From: Gemmatimonadales bacterium
Lineage (GTDB): Bacteria > Gemmatimonadota > Gemmatimonadetes > Gemmatimonadales > GWC2-71-9
Reading direction: 5' to 3'
DNA: 47,579 nt
Assembly (NCBI GenBank): GCA_038321865.1
Contig: JBBQFH010000028.1
Coordinates: 1 to 47,579 of the forward strand
Shown here piece after piece: positions 27,726 to 38,417 of this stretch. The first letter of the stretch is position 1, and each line of letters starts with the position of its first letter. The notes beneath the pieces are model-generated. The model was given only the letters and a program-made list of their open reading frames with translations. It searched no databases and was not told the DNA's origin. Made by a program: the position numbers and the translations under genes.

Positions 27726-28552
27726 GCTGGTGGGCCATCGATGTGCGCCCGGCATCCGGCGAACGTGAGGCGGTCGGGGCCTGGCTGGTGTCCCACACCG
27801 GGCAGGCGATCGAGGAGCAGGATGACGGCACGCTGGTCACCTTCGCGGCCGATGAGGCCGAGGCCGACCGGCTCATCAAGGAGCTTGACCGCCGTCCCGG
27901 CGGCGCGATCGCCGCATCGCGGCGGCCGCTGGCCCCGGTCGACTGGTCTACCCGCTGGCGTGACGGACTCGCCGCGCATTCGTTCGGCCGGCTCACCGTG
28001 ACGCCATCGTGGATCGCGCCGGCCGACTCCGGCGGAGCCACCGTGGTGCTGGACCCGGAGACGGCCTTCGGCAGTGGCGAGCACGGATCGACCCGTGCCG
28101 CGCTCACGCTGCTGGAGCGCCACCTCCGGCCCGGCGACCGGGTGACCGACCTCGGCAGCGGCAGCGGCATTCTGGCGATTGCCGCCCTGAAGCTCGGTGC
28201 GGCGCGCGCGGCCGGGGTTGAGATCGACGAGGAGTCGAACGTGGTAGCCTCCCGGAACGCCGAACGAAACGGCGTCGCCGGGTCGGTCGCATTCCTCGAT
28301 GGGGATGCCGCCGAGCTCGCGCCGCTGCTGGGGCCGGCCGATCTGCTGCTCTCCAACATCCTTCGGACGGTCAACACGCGCCTCCTGCCGGCGATCACTC
28401 TGGGCCTTCGGCCCGCCGGGCTGGCGATCTTCTCCGGCATGGAGGAACCCGAGGCGGTGCTGTTTCGCCCGGTGCTCGCCGCGGCCGCTTTCGAGATCAT
28501 CGATGAGGTGATCGACGCCGGGTGGTGGGCCGTCGCTGCGCGGCGAATATGA
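27722..28552 (+). CDS. prmA: Ribosomal protein L11 methyltransferase
   Basis: Motifs LDPETAFGSGEHGST and DLGSGSGILAIAA. Follows dnaJ. Confidence 0.92.
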   Translation: MSWWAIDVRPASGEREAVGAWLVSHTGQAIEEQDDGTLVTFAADEAEADRLIKELDRRPGGAIAASRRPLAPVDWSTRWRDGLAAHSFGRLTVTPSWIAPADSGGATVVLDPETAFGSGEHGSTRAALTLLERHLRPGDRVTDLGSGSGILAIAALKLGAARAAGVEIDEESNVVASRNAERNGVAGSVAFLDGDAAELAPLLGPADLLLSNILRTVNTRLLPAITLGLRPAGLAIFSGMEEPEAVLFRPVLAAAAFEIIDEVIDAGWWAVAARRI

Positions 28553-29262
28553 TCGTGCTCGTCGGGCGCGACGAGGTCACCGTCGAGCAGATGCTGCAGC
28601 TCGATGCCGAGGAGGCGCACCACCTTCGAGTCCGCCGGGCCGAGCCCGGGCAGCATGTCGGCCTGCGCAACGGCATTGGGCTCGTCGGTGCCGGCATCTT
28701 GCTGGAGGTCGCCGCGAAGCGGGCGCTCATCCGGGTCACCGCGGTGGCGCATGCGCCGGCGCCGGCACCGCTGGAGCTTCTGGTGGCTGCCGGTGACAAG
28801 GACCGCTTTGGCTGGCTCGCCGAGAAATGCAGCGAGCTGGGCGTCAGCGCGCTTGCGCCGATCGAAACTGATCGTACAGGCGGTGTGGGAAACCGCGTCG
28901 CGGCGGGGCACGTCGCCAGGCTTCAACGCCGGGCGCAGGAGGCGATCAAGCAGAGCGGTGCGGCGTGGGCCACGGTCGTGCGGCCGCCGTGCGCCCTGTC
29001 CGATGTGCTGGACGGCGGTCGCGAGAACGGGGACTGGTTGGCGGACGCGGGCGGCGACTGGCCACCCGCACTCGCCGCGGACGCCGCCGTGCGCGTGTTG
29101 GTGGGTCCGGAAGGCGGACTCACCGGCGAGGAGCGGAGTCAGGCCGTCGCGGCCGGCTGGGTGCCGGTGCGCCTCGCGGATCACGTGCTGAGATTCGAAA
29201 CCGCGGCACTGGCGGGCGCCGTCGCCGCTGGCATCGCCCGAGGGAGAGCTGCGCATGGCTGA
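28549..29262 (+). CDS. rsmE: 16S rRNA m3U1498 methyltransferase
   Basis: Motifs HHLRVRR, EKCSELGV, EAIKQS, VGPEGGL and LRFETAA. ATG overlaps the prmA stop. Confidence 0.93.
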   Translation: MIVLVGRDEVTVEQMLQLDAEEAHHLRVRRAEPGQHVGLRNGIGLVGAGILLEVAAKRALIRVTAVAHAPAPAPLELLVAAGDKDRFGWLAEKCSELGVSALAPIETDRTGGVGNRVAAGHVARLQRRAQEAIKQSGAAWATVVRPPCALSDVLDGGRENGDWLADAGGDWPPALAADAAVRVLVGPEGGLTGEERSQAVAAGWVPVRLADHVLRFETAALAGAVAAGIARGRAAHG

Positions 29263-29602
29263 ATGCATCTTCTGCCGGATCGCCGGGGGAGCGGTGCCGG
29301 CGGACGTCGTGCGGCGCACGGCGGATATGGTCGCCTTTCGGGATCTCGACCCGAAAGCGCCGACGCACGTGCTGGTCGTCCCCGTGGTCCACGTGCCGGC
29401 CGTGCGCGGGGCGACGGGCAGCGATGGCGAGCGGCTGCTCGGCCGCCTGTTCGCCTTCGCCGCCGAGGTCGCGACCGGTCTCGGACTGGACGCCGGCGGG
29501 TATCGGCTGGTCACCAACACCGGCGCCGACGGCGGCCAGAGCGTGGACCATCTGCATGTGCACCTGCTCGGCGGCCGCCGGATGGCGTGGCCGCCGGGAT
29601 GA
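29255..29602 (+). CDS. Histidine triad (HIT/Hint) nucleotide-binding protein
   Basis: Motifs CIFCRI, P.APTHVLVVP, GGQSVDHLHVHLLGGR and WPPG. Confidence 0.95.
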   Translation: MAECIFCRIAGGAVPADVVRRTADMVAFRDLDPKAPTHVLVVPVVHVPAVRGATGSDGERLLGRLFAFAAEVATGLGLDAGGYRLVTNTGADGGQSVDHLHVHLLGGRRMAWPPG

Positions 29603-29616
29603 CGCCGCCTGTTCGC

Positions 29617-29645
29617 TTGCTCGGCACGTACGCAGTCAATAGCTT
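29617..29645 (+). promoter_or_regulatory. Putative sigma70 promoter for the yqeY-mutS2-dnaG run
   Basis: TTGCTC-N17-TAGCTT in the gap between HIT and yqeY; SD-like AAAGG before the start. Confidence 0.55.
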
Positions 29646-29666
29646 AACCAGCCGCATGAAAGGCCC

Positions 29667-30110
29667 GTGATGCCCAGTCTGCCGGAGACACTTCAGGCCG
29701 CCATGAACGCCGCGCGCAAGGCTCAGGACAAGCACCGGACCCTGGTGCTGGGAACCATCCTGGCCGCCCTCAAGAATCGGCAGATCGATCTCCGGCGGGC
29801 GCCGACGGACGACGAGACGGTCGAAGTGCTGCGGAAGGGCATCAAGACCCGGCGTGAGTCAATCGAGCAGTATACCGCGGCCGGCCGCAGCGATCTCGTT
29901 GCCAGCGAGGCGGCTCAGATCACCGTGCTCGAGGAGTTTCTGCCACCGGCAATCGATCCGGCCGAGATTCGTGCCGCGGTGCGGGCGGCGATCGACGGCG
30001 GTGCGAAGGACATCGGCAAGGTCATGGCTCAGGTCCTGCCGAGATTCAAGGGAAAGGCGGATGGCAAGGTGATCAACTCCATCGTGCGCGAGGAGCTGCA
30101 GGCGGGATGA
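29667..30110 (+). CDS. GatB/YqeY domain protein
   Basis: Motifs K.RRESIEQY..AGR.DL...E, L..FLP, DIGKVM and GKADGK. Confidence 0.92.
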   Translation: MMPSLPETLQAAMNAARKAQDKHRTLVLGTILAALKNRQIDLRRAPTDDETVEVLRKGIKTRRESIEQYTAAGRSDLVASEAAQITVLEEFLPPAIDPAEIRAAVRAAIDGGAKDIGKVMAQVLPRFKGKADGKVINSIVREELQAG

Positions 30111-32581
30111 CGTCCCCGGTGGTGTCCGCCTCTGACGGGGTGTCGGCCGGCACGACGGCAGGCACCCCGTTCGCTTCGCGCGCGGCACCCCGGCAGCTTC
30201 CCGACGCCGCCGTCGACGAGGCGCTGGCGACGGTCGAATTCGCCGACGTCCTGGAGCGCGTTGCGGCACACGCGGCCGGCGGCCTCGGCGCCGGGCGCGT
30301 GCGCGAGCGGCGGCCCACCGGCGACCTCGACTGGATTCGCGGGGAGCTGGCGCTGGTGGGCGAGGTGGCGGGCCTGTTTCGGCGCGGCGATCAGCTGCTG
30401 GCTGAGGATGTGCCCGACGTGGATCGCGCGCTGGCCCGGCTCCGGATCGACGGCAGCGTGCTGGACGGCGTCGAGCTGGCCGCCATCCGGAGCGTGCTGG
30501 GGTCGGCGCGCCGCGTGCACGACGATCTGCGGCGCGTGACCGAGGCCGCACCGCGGACCGCCCCGATCATGGCCCCGCTCCCGGCCAAGGCGGTGGAACG
30601 CCGGCTGGAGCAGTCCATCGACGAGGACGGGGGCCTGCTCGACGGCGCGAGTCCGGCGCTCGCGGCGGCCCGCCGGGAGGTGCAGGCGGCACGACAGCGG
30701 TTGCTCCGGAAGCTGGATACGATTCTGCGCGGCCTGGACAACTCGTCCTCCACCGGTGACGGAAGCGTCACGGTGCGCAATGGCCGCTACGTCATTCCGG
30801 TGCGTCGCGATTCCCGGAGCCGCCCGGGTGGCATCATCCACGATGAGTCCGGCAGCCAGGGCACCCTCTTCATCGAGCCGTCCGAGGCCGTGGATGCCGG
30901 CAACGCGCTGCGCGAGGCCGAGGTCGAGGAGGAGCGGGAAACGCTCCGCGTACTGCGCGAGCTGAGCGAGGTGCTCCGCCCGGAGATCGCGGTGCTCCGC
31001 GGCGTCTTCGAGATGTGCGTCTCCGTAGATGACCTGGTGGCTCGTGCGCGCTACATGGTTGCCGCCGCCGGCGAGGTGCCGACCCTCGAGAGCGCGCCGG
31101 CGGCGATCGCCGTTCGGAACGGCCGCCACCCGCTCCTGCTCTCCGGCGGGGAGCCGGTGGTGCCGTTCGATCTCGATCTTGGCGACGGCGAGCGCACGCT
31201 GCTGGTCAGCGGTCCCAATACCGGCGGAAAGACCGTGCTGCTGAAGGCGGTCGCGCTGGCCTGTGCGCTGGCGCAAAGCGGCGTGGTTCCGCCGGTCGGC
31301 GCGGGCACCGCGCTGCCGGTGTTCCGGCGGTTCTTCGCCGACATCGGCGACCGGCAATCCATCGCAGCGAGCCTCTCGACGTTCAGCGCGCACGTGCGGA
31401 TGCTCGGCCGCATCCTCGCCGAATCGGACGACGCGACACTGGTGCTGCTCGACGAGGTCGGCAGCGGCACCGATCCGGCCGAGGGTGCAGCGCTGGCCGC
31501 CGCAGCGCTGGTTTCGCTCACCGCCCGCGGCACCGTCACGCTGGCCACCACGCATCTCGGCTCGCTGAAGAATCTCGCGTCGGGGGTGCCCGGCATCGTC
31601 AATGCGTCGCTGCAGTTCGACGCGGCGACGCTGCGACCGACCTACCGATTCATCAAAGGCGTCCCCGGCCGCTCGTACGGCCTCGCGATCGCCCGGCGGC
31701 TCGGCCTCCCGGGCGAAGTCGTCTCCGATGCGGAGGCCCGGGTGCCCGATGCCGAACGCAACCTCGACAGCCTCCTGGCTGCGGTCGAGGCCCGCCAGCG
31801 CGAGCTCGGGCTGGCAGCGGCCGACCTCGAGACCCGCACGCTCGCCGCCGCGTCACTCGCCAGCCGGCTCGACGCGCAGCGCGCCGACCAGGCCGCCCGG
31901 GACGCAGAGCTCCGGCGTCGTGAAAAGGACGCGGAGCGGAAGGGGCGGGAACAGGCCCGGGCGTTCCTGCTCGAGGCGCGCCAGCGGGTGGAGGCGGCCC
32001 TCGGGGCCGCGCGCGGGGCGGCAGATGAGGCCTCCGCTCGCGAGGCGCGTCGGCTGGTCGAGGAGGGGATCCGGAGCGAACGGGCGGCGCTCGCCGACGC
32101 GGCGGCAGCGGATGTCGAGGAGGCGGCACCCGGTGCATCCATCGCGGCCGGTCAGCGCGTTCGCACGTCCACCGGCTCCACCGGTGACGTGCTCGAGCTG
32201 CGCGGGGACGGACGGCTGGTGGTGCGGGTCGGTGGGATGCGCATGGTGGTGGATCCGGCCAGTGTGACCGCGCTCGGTGCCGAGGCCGGGAAAAAGGCGT
32301 CATCCCCGGCGGCGTTCGAGGCGCCGGGCCCCGCGGCTCCGATGGAAATCGACTTGCGCGGCGTGAATGGTGACGAGGCCGAGATGGCGACGCTCGCCGC
32401 AGTGGACGCGGCGGTGCTGGCCGAGTATCCGTACCTCCGGATCATTCACGGTATGGGCACCGGCGTCGTGCGGGAGCGGGTCCGCCGCGTGCTGGGCGCG
32501 GACCGCCGCGTCAAGTCATTCGATTTCGCTGCGCGCAACCAGGGCGGTACCGGCGTCACGATCGCGGAGTTCATGGCGTGA
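30107..32581 (+). CDS. mutS2: Endonuclease MutS2
   Basis: SGPNTGGKT Walker A, DIGDRQSI..SLSTFSAH, LLDEVGSGTDP.EG and TTH; C-terminal Smr domain (IDLRG...IIHGMGTG). Confidence 0.95.
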   Translation: MTSPVVSASDGVSAGTTAGTPFASRAAPRQLPDAAVDEALATVEFADVLERVAAHAAGGLGAGRVRERRPTGDLDWIRGELALVGEVAGLFRRGDQLLAEDVPDVDRALARLRIDGSVLDGVELAAIRSVLGSARRVHDDLRRVTEAAPRTAPIMAPLPAKAVERRLEQSIDEDGGLLDGASPALAAARREVQAARQRLLRKLDTILRGLDNSSSTGDGSVTVRNGRYVIPVRRDSRSRPGGIIHDESGSQGTLFIEPSEAVDAGNALREAEVEEERETLRVLRELSEVLRPEIAVLRGVFEMCVSVDDLVARARYMVAAAGEVPTLESAPAAIAVRNGRHPLLLSGGEPVVPFDLDLGDGERTLLVSGPNTGGKTVLLKAVALACALAQSGVVPPVGAGTALPVFRRFFADIGDRQSIAASLSTFSAHVRMLGRILAESDDATLVLLDEVGSGTDPAEGAALAAAALVSLTARGTVTLATTHLGSLKNLASGVPGIVNASLQFDAATLRPTYRFIKGVPGRSYGLAIARRLGLPGEVVSDAEARVPDAERNLDSLLAAVEARQRELGLAAADLETRTLAAASLASRLDAQRADQAARDAELRRREKDAERKGREQARAFLLEARQRVEAALGAARGAADEASAREARRLVEEGIRSERAALADAAAADVEEAAPGASIAAGQRVRTSTGSTGDVLELRGDGRLVVRVGGMRMVVDPASVTALGAEAGKKASSPAAFEAPGPAAPMEIDLRGVNGDEAEMATLAAVDAAVLAEYPYLRIIHGMGTGVVRERVRRVLGADRRVKSFDFAARNQGGTGVTIAEFMA

Positions 32582-34410
32582 GCATGATTCCCGAGGACGT
32601 CATCGAGCAGGTGCGCGACGCCGCCGACGTCATCGGGATCATTGGCGAGAGCGTCGAGCTCAGGCGCACCGGCGCGGACTGGCGCGGTCCATGCCCGTTC
32701 CATGGCGGGAAGAATCGCAACTTCGCCGTCATTCCGAAGAAGGGCCTGTTTTACTGCTACAAATGCCATGAAGCCGGAGACGTGTTCTCCTATCTCATGA
32801 AGCGTTTCGGTATGGACTACCCGACGGCGGTACGGGATGTCGCCCGGCGCTCGGGTATCGTGATTCCGGAACGGACAGCGCAGGCCGGGCCCGACCCGAA
32901 CGAGCCGCTCTACGGCGCCGTGGCCGCGGCGCACGACTGGTTCGTGCGTCAGCTTGCCGAGCTGCCGGAGGCCCGCGCGGCGCGCGACTATCTGGTCGCC
33001 CGCGGCGTCTCGGCGGAACAGAGCGCCGAGCTGCTGCTTGGCTATGCGCCGCGGGGGAGCCCGACGCTCGACGCGCTCCGCACCCTGGGCATCACCGATC
33101 CGGTGCTCCTCGGCGCGGGACTCGCGGCGCGGCGTGAGGACGGCTCGGTCGTCTCCCGTTTCCGCGGACGGCTCATCTTTCCGATTCACGATCAGCGAGG
33201 GCGTGTCATCGCCTTCGGCGGGCGAATTCTCGGGGAGGGGGAGCCCAAGTATCTCAACTCCCCCGAGAGCGACATCTTCCGGAAGGGTCGCACGCTGTAC
33301 AATCTCCACGCGGCCAAGCACGCCATCCGGAAGGAGGGGGCCGTCATCCTCGTCGAGGGGTACTTCGACGTGATCCGGCTCGTGCTTGCGGGCGTCGAGC
33401 ACGTGATCGCGCCACTCGGCACCGCGTTGACGCACGAGCAGGCCGCGCTGCTCAAGCGCTTCGCACCCACGGCCATCCTGCTGTATGACAGCGACCAGGC
33501 GGGCCTCAAGGCCACCTTTCGTGCGGGTGACGAGCTGCTGCGGCATGAGATGAGGGTCCGCGTCGCGACGATGCCGCCCGGCGAGGATCCCGACACGCTG
33601 GTGCAGGCGGGCGGCGCGGCGGCGCTCGACCCGATCATCCACGATGCCGTGGACCTGCTCGAGCGAAAGATTCAGCTGCTCGAGCGCCGGGGCTGGTTCG
33701 AAAACCTGGAGCACCGGCGTGATGCGCTCGACCGCCTGCTGCCGACGGTGCGGGCGGCCGCCGACCCGATCACCCGCGAGCTCTACCTGTCGCGGGTGTC
33801 GGAGCGGGCCGGCGTCGAAAAACGGGTGCTCGACGCCGAGCTGGTGCGCTCCGCGCCGCGGTCGGTCGGCGAGCGTTCGATCGGCGAGCCTCCGCCGGCG
33901 CGGGCCCCGCAGTCACCCGTCCCGCGCGAACCTGCTCTCGACGCGCGTGCCACCAACGACGAGTGGCAGTTGCTTCGTATTCTGCTCCTGGGCGAGCCGT
34001 GGCTGGGCCACGCCAGGACAAACATCGGCCCGGAGCTGTTCCGGACCCCGGTTGCGCGCGAACTCTACACCGCAATCCTGGCGCATGGCCCCGCCATCCT
34101 GCCGGGTACCGATGTGTCCCTGTCGGACGATGCCGGCCAGCTGCTCGGCGATCTCCGCCGCCGGCTGGGCGAGCTCGGACTTCAGGATTTGCAGTCTATC
34201 TTTGATGGAGTCTGGCAGACACTCGCCGCGGCGCCACTGATGCGCCGGCATGCAAAGCTCGTGGCGCAAATCAAGGTAGCGAATGAAGTTGAACAGTCAG
34301 ACCTCACGTCACAGATGAAGGAAGTCGGCGACCTGATTCGAAGCCGCTATCCGCTCGCCGCGGAGAAGTGGAACTACCGGAAGCAGCGGCCGCGAGGACG
34401 AGCCCGGTGA
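32578..34410 (+). CDS. dnaG: DNA primase
   Basis: CHC2 zinc finger (CPFH...CYKC), FGGR, KYLNSPE, and TOPRIM motifs EGYFD and YDSDQAG. Confidence 0.96.
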   Translation: MSMIPEDVIEQVRDAADVIGIIGESVELRRTGADWRGPCPFHGGKNRNFAVIPKKGLFYCYKCHEAGDVFSYLMKRFGMDYPTAVRDVARRSGIVIPERTAQAGPDPNEPLYGAVAAAHDWFVRQLAELPEARAARDYLVARGVSAEQSAELLLGYAPRGSPTLDALRTLGITDPVLLGAGLAARREDGSVVSRFRGRLIFPIHDQRGRVIAFGGRILGEGEPKYLNSPESDIFRKGRTLYNLHAAKHAIRKEGAVILVEGYFDVIRLVLAGVEHVIAPLGTALTHEQAALLKRFAPTAILLYDSDQAGLKATFRAGDELLRHEMRVRVATMPPGEDPDTLVQAGGAAALDPIIHDAVDLLERKIQLLERRGWFENLEHRRDALDRLLPTVRAAADPITRELYLSRVSERAGVEKRVLDAELVRSAPRSVGERSIGEPPPARAPQSPVPREPALDARATNDEWQLLRILLLGEPWLGHARTNIGPELFRTPVARELYTAILAHGPAILPGTDVSLSDDAGQLLGDLRRRLGELGLQDLQSIFDGVWQTLAAAPLMRRHAKLVAQIKVANEVEQSDLTSQMKEVGDLIRSRYPLAAEKWNYRKQRPRGRAR

Positions 34411-36134
34411 GTCCATTTCCCGCGCCGCCGCTCCGCTGGGCGGTGGTATCCGAGCCGGCCGCCGATGCCGTGTCGGCGTTGGCCACGGCGCTGGCCCTGC
34501 CGCGCCCGCTCGCCGCCCTGCTGGTACAGCGTGGGTACGCGGGTTCAGAGCGGGCGCAGCGATTTCTGAAGCCGTCGCTCGCCGATCTCGCGGATCCGCT
34601 GTCGCTCTACGACATGGCGGCCGCGTCCGCGATCGTGGCCGACGCGGTCCGGGCCGGCCAGACGATCATGGTCCACGGTGACTACGACGTGGACGGCCAG
34701 TGCGCGACCGCGCTGCTCACCCGCGCGCTCCGCGTCGCCGGGGCGCGGGTGGTGCCTTTCGTGCCGCATCGCCTTCGCGATGGATACGATTTCGGGCCTG
34801 CGGGCCTCGAGGCCGCCCGCGCGGCGGGTGCTTCCCTCATCATCACCTGTGACTGCGGCATCACCGCCGTCGACACCGTGGCAGCGGCGAACGCCGCCGG
34901 CATCGACGTCATCGTGACCGATCACCACCTTCCCGGGCCATCGCTGCCGGCGGCCCGCGCGGTCGTCGATCCGCAGCGCGCCGAGGATCGGTCGGGGCTC
35001 ACGCAGCTCTGCGGCACCGGGGTCGCCTTCAAGCTGGTGCAGGCGCTGGTTCCGCTGCTCGGCTTGCCGGCCCACCTCCCTCTGCACCTGCTCGACCTGG
35101 TCGCGCTGGCGACGGTGGCCGACGTCGTGCCGCTGGTCGGAGAGAACCGCATCCTGGTGAAGCACGGCCTCCGGATCCTGCGTGACAGCCGCTGGACCGG
35201 GCTCCGCGCGCTGATCGAGGTCACGGGGATCGGCGGCGCCGGCATCCGTGCCGGCCAGCTCGGCTTCGTGCTCGGGCCGCGCCTCAATGCCGCCGGGAGG
35301 ATCGGGGATCCGGCCGACGGTCTCCGCCTCCTGCTCACCGATGATCCCGCGGAAGCGGGCACGCTGGCCCGGCGGCTGGATACGCTGAACGGTCAGCGGC
35401 AGGCACTGGATCAGCGCATGCTCGATGAAGCGCTCGCCCAGGTCGAGCAGGGCGATCCGGCGCGTGACGCGGGGTTCGTGCTGACCGGGGAAGGATGGCA
35501 TCCCGGTGTCGTGGGCATCGTGGCGTCGCGCGTGGTCGAACGCTACGGGCGGCCCACCTTTCTCATCGCCTTCGACGGTGACATTGGCAAGGGGTCGGGC
35601 CGGAGTATCTCGCGCTTCAACCTGCACGACGCGCTCACCACGTGTGGAGAGCTGCTCGAGCGGTATGGCGGTCACCATATGGCGGCGGGCGTGACGATCC
35701 GCCGCACGCAGCTCGAAGCGTTCCGCGAGCGCTTCGCTTCCGCGGCGCGCGACGCGCTCGGCCCCGATGACCTGGGTCCCGAGCAGCGGGTGGATCTGGT
35801 CGTTTCGCTCGACGAGGTGACCCACGATCTCGAGCGGCTCTGCCGGTACCTCGAGCCGTGCGGCATGGGAAACGCGAGTCCGGTGTTCGGCGTGCGCGGC
35901 GTGCGACTCGCGGGCTCGAGCCGGGTGGGGAATGGCCACCTCAAGTGCACGCTCGACGATGGGCGCACCCGCATCTCCGCCATCGGATTCAACTGGGCCG
36001 ACCGCGTCAGCCGGGCCGCGGACGACCTCGTGGACGCCGCGTTCCGGATCGAGTGCAACGAGTGGCAGGGCCAGACCACGCTGCAGGCCAAGCTCGTCGC
36101 GCTGACGCCGGCCGTCGTGTTGGAGCCCGCGTGA
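34407..36134 (+). CDS. recJ: Single-stranded-DNA exonuclease RecJ
   Basis: Motifs GDYDVDG, CDCG, TDHH, ATVADVVPL..ENR, PRLNAAGR, GSGRS and GGHHMAAG. GTG overlaps the dnaG stop. Confidence 0.96.
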   Translation: MSPFPAPPLRWAVVSEPAADAVSALATALALPRPLAALLVQRGYAGSERAQRFLKPSLADLADPLSLYDMAAASAIVADAVRAGQTIMVHGDYDVDGQCATALLTRALRVAGARVVPFVPHRLRDGYDFGPAGLEAARAAGASLIITCDCGITAVDTVAAANAAGIDVIVTDHHLPGPSLPAARAVVDPQRAEDRSGLTQLCGTGVAFKLVQALVPLLGLPAHLPLHLLDLVALATVADVVPLVGENRILVKHGLRILRDSRWTGLRALIEVTGIGGAGIRAGQLGFVLGPRLNAAGRIGDPADGLRLLLTDDPAEAGTLARRLDTLNGQRQALDQRMLDEALAQVEQGDPARDAGFVLTGEGWHPGVVGIVASRVVERYGRPTFLIAFDGDIGKGSGRSISRFNLHDALTTCGELLERYGGHHMAAGVTIRRTQLEAFRERFASAARDALGPDDLGPEQRVDLVVSLDEVTHDLERLCRYLEPCGMGNASPVFGVRGVRLAGSSRVGNGHLKCTLDDGRTRISAIGFNWADRVSRAADDLVDAAFRIECNEWQGQTTLQAKLVALTPAVVLEPA

Positions 36135-36646
36135 GGATCGTGGCGGGGGAATACGGCGGCCGGCGGCTGGTGGCTCCCGCCGATGCGCGGGTCCGCCCCA
36201 CCGCCGACCGCGTGCGGGAGGCGTGGATGAGCATCCTCGCCGCAGAGCTTCCCGACGCGCGGGTGCTCGACCTGTTCGCCGGGAGCGGCGCGCTCGGACT
36301 GGAGGCGCTCTCACGCGGTGCGGCGCACGCGGATTTCGTCGAGCGGCATGACAAGTCGCTCCGCGCGCTCGCGGCGAACATCGACGCGCTCGGGCTCGCC
36401 GCGCAGGCGACCGTCCATCGCGGCGATGCCGAACGCTTCGCCGAGCGGCTCGCCGCCGGGGCGTACGATGTCGCCTTCGCCGACCCGCCCTACACCATTG
36501 ATTATGCGTCGCGGCTCGTCGCGCTCTTCCGCCGGACGCCGTTCGCGCGCATTCTTTCGGTTGAGCATCGTGCCGATGTGACCGTCGCCGGCGACGAAAC
36601 ACGCCGCTACGGCGATACGGCGATCACCTTCTGCCACCGCCCATGA
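36131..36646 (+). CDS. rsmD: 16S rRNA m2G966 methyltransferase
   Basis: Motifs [37 protein letters not shown] and YGDT. Precedes coaD. Confidence 0.93.
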   Translation: MRIVAGEYGGRRLVAPADARVRPTADRVREAWMSILAAELPDARVLDLFAGSGALGLEALSRGAAHADFVERHDKSLRALAANIDALGLAAQATVHRGDAERFAERLAAGAYDVAFADPPYTIDYASRLVALFRRTPFARILSVEHRADVTVAGDETRRYGDTAITFCHRP

Positions 36647-37125
36647 CGCGCACCGCGATCTACCCTGGCTCGTTCGACCCGCCCACCAGGGGCCACGAGG
36701 ACCTGATCCGCCGGAGCCTGCGCCTCGCCGACCGCGTGATCGTGGCCGTCGCGGCCAACTCGGCCAAGGAGCCGCTGTTCTCGGTCGAGGAGCGGCTCGA
36801 GCTGCTGCGGACCGCCGCCGGCGACGAGCCGCGGGTGAGTTTCCAGACCTTCGACGGGCTGCTGGCCGAATTCGCCGGCACCGTCGGGGCGACGATGATC
36901 GTGCGGGGGCTCCGCGCGGTCAGCGATTTCGAGTACGAATTTCAGATGGCACTCATGAATCGTCAGCTGCACCCCGCGCTCGAAACCGTGTTCCTCGTGC
37001 CCGCGGTGGACCTGACCTATCTGAGCTCCAGTCTCGTGCGCGAGGTCGCGCGCTACGGAGGCGACGTGTCGTCCCTGGTCCATCCCGCCGTCGGCGCCGC
37101 CCTGCAGCGGCGCTTCTCGCGATGA
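36643..37125 (+). CDS. coaD: Pantetheine-phosphate adenylyltransferase
   Basis: Motifs [22 protein letters not shown] and SSSLVRE. Confidence 0.97.
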   Translation: MTRTAIYPGSFDPPTRGHEDLIRRSLRLADRVIVAVAANSAKEPLFSVEERLELLRTAAGDEPRVSFQTFDGLLAEFAGTVGATMIVRGLRAVSDFEYEFQMALMNRQLHPALETVFLVPAVDLTYLSSSLVREVARYGGDVSSLVHPAVGAALQRRFSR

Positions 37126-38072
37126 GCTTCCGTGCCGACCTGCTCCGCCGTGCCGGTGCGCGGCGCGCCCGCATTGTCCTCGCCGAAGGCGGCGATCCGC
37201 GCGTGCGTGCTGCCGCGTCGCGCCTGCGGGGCGAGGGAATCGCGGAGCCATTGTTGCTCGGCGGTCCCGATGGCGTCGCCCCCGGCGATGATCCCCGGCT
37301 CCAGCGTGTGGCGGAGTTCCTTCGCCAGCGGCGGCCCGATCGCGTCCACGACGGCGTACACGCGCTCGATCTGGCGGCGGATCCCGTCAATTTCGCCGCG
37401 GCGCTGGTCGCCCTGGGGGAAGCGGACGGCTGCATCGCGGGCGCGACGATGCCCACCGCACAGGTCATCCGCGCCGCGCTCTGGGCTATCGGGACGTCAC
37501 CTGGCGTGACGCTCGTCAGCTCCGCCTTCTACATGGTGCTTCCGGGTGACCGGGTGCTGACCTTCACCGACTGCGCCGTGGTGCCCGACCCGACCGCGGA
37601 GGAGCTGGCCCAGATCGCGCTCGCCGCCGCCCGCGACCGCACCCGTCTCGTGGGTGACGAGCCGCGCGTCGCCTTTCTCTCCTACTCGACCCACGGCAGC
37701 GCCGACGGCGCTCGCGTGCGGAAGATCGCGGAGGCCGCCGCGCGGTTCCGGGAGCTGGCGCCCGGCATCACGGCGGACGGCGAAGTCCAGGCTGATGCGG
37801 CCCTCGACGCCGGCGTGGCGGAGCGGAAGACGCCGGGCGCCGCGCTGGCCGGCCGCGCGAACATCCTGGTCTTTCCCGATCTCGACGCTGGCAACATCGG
37901 CTACAAGCTGGTGCAGCGGCTGGCGGGGGCCGTCGCGCTCGGCCCGATCCTGCAGGGATTGGCGCGCCCGATGGCTGACCTGTCGCGCGGGACGAGCGTC
38001 GACGATATTGTCGAGGTGGCCGCGATGGTGGCCCTGCAGGCCCAATCGACGGCGAATCCCGGAGCGGCGTGA
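37122..38072 (+). CDS. pta: Phosphate acetyltransferase (short PTA_PTB form)
   Basis: Motifs [46 protein letters not shown] and DLSRG. Confidence 0.9.
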   Translation: MSFRADLLRRAGARRARIVLAEGGDPRVRAAASRLRGEGIAEPLLLGGPDGVAPGDDPRLQRVAEFLRQRRPDRVHDGVHALDLAADPVNFAAALVALGEADGCIAGATMPTAQVIRAALWAIGTSPGVTLVSSAFYMVLPGDRVLTFTDCAVVPDPTAEELAQIALAAARDRTRLVGDEPRVAFLSYSTHGSADGARVRKIAEAAARFRELAPGITADGEVQADAALDAGVAERKTPGAALAGRANILVFPDLDAGNIGYKLVQRLAGAVALGPILQGLARPMADLSRGTSVDDIVEVAAMVALQAQSTANPGAA

Positions 38073-38407
38073 TGTCATTTACCCAGAGCAGGCAGGAATC
38101 GGGCGTGGTCGTATTCCGGGTCGACGGCCAGCTCGTCGTCGGCAATCGGCTGGAGCTGAAGGATCTCATCCAGGGTGCGCTGACGGCCGGTGACCGGAAG
38201 TTTCTGCTCGACTTTTCCCACACCGGCTACATCGACTCGTCCGGGCTTGGCGCGCTGGTGACCATCGCCCGCCAGGTGCGGGAGCGCGGCGGGGAGATGC
38301 GGCTCGCCGGTCTCAACGACGACCTCCGCTCGCTGTTCGAGCTCACCAAGCTGGACACCCTCTTTTCCATCGCCGACTCCGCGGCGCAGGCGCTCGCCGG
38401 CTTCTAG
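38069..38407 (+). CDS. STAS-domain anti-sigma-factor antagonist (RsbV/SpoIIAA-like)
   Basis: '[15 protein letters not shown]' with the phosphorylatable Ser, and '[10 protein letters not shown]'. Confidence 0.92.
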   Translation: MMSFTQSRQESGVVVFRVDGQLVVGNRLELKDLIQGALTAGDRKFLLDFSHTGYIDSSGLGALVTIARQVRERGGEMRLAGLNDDLRSLFELTKLDTLFSIADSAAQALAGF

Positions 38408-38417
38408 CGGAGTCCCC

